A DNA stretch of 64,000 nucleotides, from NCBI GenBank assembly GCA_019358935.1, contig JAHHIK010000020.1, forward strand, positions 26,806-90,805, read 5' to 3'. Source of the stretch: Tolypothrix carrinoi HA7290-LM1. Its GTDB lineage: Bacteria; Cyanobacteriota; Cyanobacteriia; Cyanobacteriales; Nostocaceae. Shown one piece after another: positions 61,880 to 64,000 of this stretch. The position numbers and the translations under genes were made by a program. How positions within the stretch are numbered: position 1 is the first letter of the stretch; the number at the start of each line of letters is the position of its first letter. Below the pieces are notes generated by a model. It saw nothing but the letters and a program-made list of their open reading frames with translations. It did not search any database and was not told the origin of the DNA.

Positions 61880-62098
61880 AAGGAGTTAGGAGTTAGGAGA
61901 ACGGAGTAGGAGTTAGGAGAACGGAGTTAGGAGGACTTTTTCATAGTGCAAAAAAGCTAAAAACATCAGCCTCAGGACTGATGTAGAAGTGTCAGAGCTT
62001 GTCTTTCGGACAAGTTCCCGCCTAATACTTGTGGGGAATGCATTACCCTGGTTGAATGGTTTAGAGTAGAAATAGCAACTCAGCTAGCATAACTGCCA

Positions 62099-62446
62099 AT
62101 GGTGTTTAATCCTAACTTTTTGAATGACAACTCTGAGGAACACCCTAATCAGCTTGTTTCCGACAATTCTGACGAATACCCCAATCAGTTACTCAAATAT
62201 CTACAGCACCAGTCTCCAGAAGTTTTAGCCCGTGTCGCCCAGTCCGTCAGCCCGGAAATTAAACAAATAATTTCCCAAAACGTTCAAGGGCTTGTGGGAA
62301 TGCTTCCAGCGGAAAACTTCCATGTGCAAATTACAACAGACCGCGAGAATTTAGCTGGTCTTTTAGCATCGGCGATGATGACGGGGTATTTCTTGCGCCA
62401 GATGGAACAGCGGATGCAGTTAGAAAATTTGAGTAACAATCAATAG
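62099..62446 (+). CDS. DUF760-domain protein
   Basis: NQLLKYLQ, QNVQGLVGMLP, LAGLLASAMMTGYFLRQMEQR. Confidence 0.88.
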   Translation: MVFNPNFLNDNSEEHPNQLVSDNSDEYPNQLLKYLQHQSPEVLARVAQSVSPEIKQIISQNVQGLVGMLPAENFHVQITTDRENLAGLLASAMMTGYFLRQMEQRMQLENLSNNQ

Positions 62447-62664
62447 TGAGTGGATAGTGGGAATTTGAAGAGGGGACAAGGGGACAAGGGTTTTTGAAGA
62501 GGGGGAAAGGGGAAAGGGGAAAGGGGAAAGGGAAAGAATTATTACCAATGCCCAATGACGGCAGGTGCGCGTCTGCCGGGGAACCCGTCCAACGCACTGC
62601 CTCCCCAATGCCCAATGCCCATTACCCATTACCCATTACCCATTACCCATTACCCATTAACAGA

Positions 62665-63870
62665 CTATTTCTCAGGATAAGCCCCAGACACTACTTTGAG
62701 GGTTTGAATTTTCCCGTTGCGATTGACTTCCATCTCTAGGATGTCTCCAACTGAACTGGACTCTACCACCTTCTGTACTTGAGCCGCTGTTTTGACTGGT
62801 TTGCGGTTAAGTTTTTGAATCAAGTCTCCAGGAAGCAGTCCTCCCTTTTGTGCGGGTGATTTTTCTAGAACTCCCTTAACGACAACACCGCTGTCGTGCT
62901 TAATGTTCAGATTACTTTCTTGATTAATTTGCTGTTTTTTGGTAGGAGAAAGGTCTACCATTTCAATCCCCAAAAAAGGATGTTCAGCACGCCCTTTGGT
63001 AAACAGTTCCGATGCGATGCGGGCAGCGGTTTCGATGGGAATCGCAAAACCGAGTCCTTGAGCATCGGCGCGGATGGCAGTGTTAACGCCAATCACCTCG
63101 CCTTGGGCGTTTAACAAAGGTCCGCCGGAGTTACCGGGGTTAATCGCCGCATCAGTTTGGATAAAACTGACTCGCTTATCGGGGATACCGACTTGAACAC
63201 TAGTGCGATCGGTTGCGCTGATGATGCCAATAGTGACAGTATTATCTAAACCGAGAGGATTGCCAATAGCGATCGCCCACTGTCCGGGTATTAAGTTTTG
63301 TGAATTACCCAGCTTGACAGTTGGCAACTTATCAGCATTAATTTTTACTACTGCCACATCTGTAACCGGATCGACTCCCGACACTTTACCCTCAAAAGTC
63401 CGACCATCTTTGAGAGTAACAAGTACTGTGTCTGTATCTGCTACTACATGAGCATTAGTTAGCAATTGACCATCTTGACTCAAAATAAATCCTGACCCGG
63501 TACCGCGTTCAATCCTCTCTTGGGGAACTGGTTGTTCATCCTCGCCAAAAAATCGCCGCAAAAGCGGATTTTTTAAAGCATCAGAAATCGGATTGGCGAC
63601 TTTGCGAGTAGCATTAATTCGGACTACAGCAGGTCCGGTTTTTTGTACAGCAGTGGCAATAAAATTTACATTATCTCCGCCGATAGGAGCGATCGCTCCC
63701 CCAACAGGTAATGGTGCTACAGTTTGTGGAGGCAAAGCCACTGTCACAGCTTTTAAATCTTGAAACGGGCGACTTTGTGGCAGAATAAAGCGACCGCCTA
63801 ACAATCCTGCACCACCGCCGATCGCCAATAAGGACAGATAAACGGCTAGTTTTTTTACGGTTAACTTCAT
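62665..63870 (-). CDS. HhoA/HhoB/HtrA-family serine protease with PDZ domain
   Basis: GSGFI, TNAHVV, DVAVVK, QTDAAINPGNSGGPL. Confidence 0.95.
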   Translation of the reverse strand: MKLTVKKLAVYLSLLAIGGGAGLLGGRFILPQSRPFQDLKAVTVALPPQTVAPLPVGGAIAPIGGDNVNFIATAVQKTGPAVVRINATRKVANPISDALKNPLLRRFFGEDEQPVPQERIERGTGSGFILSQDGQLLTNAHVVADTDTVLVTLKDGRTFEGKVSGVDPVTDVAVVKINADKLPTVKLGNSQNLIPGQWAIAIGNPLGLDNTVTIGIISATDRTSVQVGIPDKRVSFIQTDAAINPGNSGGPLLNAQGEVIGVNTAIRADAQGLGFAIPIETAARIASELFTKGRAEHPFLGIEMVDLSPTKKQQINQESNLNIKHDSGVVVKGVLEKSPAQKGGLLPGDLIQKLNRKPVKTAAQVQKVVESSSVGDILEMEVNRNGKIQTLKVVSGAYPEK

Positions 63871-63890
63871 AATTCTTACAAAAAGGTAGG

Positions 63891-64000
63891 TTGAAAGCCC
63901 CGCGCATTCATGCCGGGGATGAAAACCACGTCGTGGGGTTTACCCCACAGTGGTGCTTTTTGTGCTATTATTACGCTATAGAGTTGAGCGTAAAGATGCT
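63891..64000 (+). mobile_element. Probable left end of an IS200/IS605-family (tnpB-type) element
   Basis: TTGA followed by the hairpin AAGCCCCGCGCATTCATGCCGGGG, a second hairpin GTGGGGTTTACCCCAC, and an ATG at 63996 at the window edge. Confidence 0.55.

Overview
Chromosomal window from a filamentous, probably heterocyst-forming cyanobacterium (Nostocales-like: frequent HIP1 GCGATCGC, 7- and 9-nt STRR arrays, psbY, CRR6, ycf55). The housekeeping backbone includes ilvC, map, psbY, folC, pilMNOQ, HU, cobD, fur, ispD, scpB and an HtrA protease. Three accessory regions stand out. (1) 3.5-10.1 kb: a small TauD dioxygenase, O-methyltransferase, BT1-type MFS and two GH32/GH68-like enzymes. (2) 15.4-19.5 kb: a decaying zone with a truncated YefM-YoeB module, an EndoU gene split by a 1.57 kb insert, and several deletion scars. 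(3) 45.3-56.6 kb: the best candidate for an undescribed system. A divergent LuxR regulator faces a seven-gene run: two paralogous proteins in which Glu/aromatic spacers alternate with FLG-initiated amphipathic or cationic segments, an HExxH metallopeptidase, two unrecognised proteins, a two-module putative nuclease/phospholipase carrying the same SExEAEAF junction motif, and a subtilisin fused to a lectin-like beta-propeller. No rRNA, tRNA or CRISPR array was seen. All family assignments come from reading motifs by eye, not from database searches.
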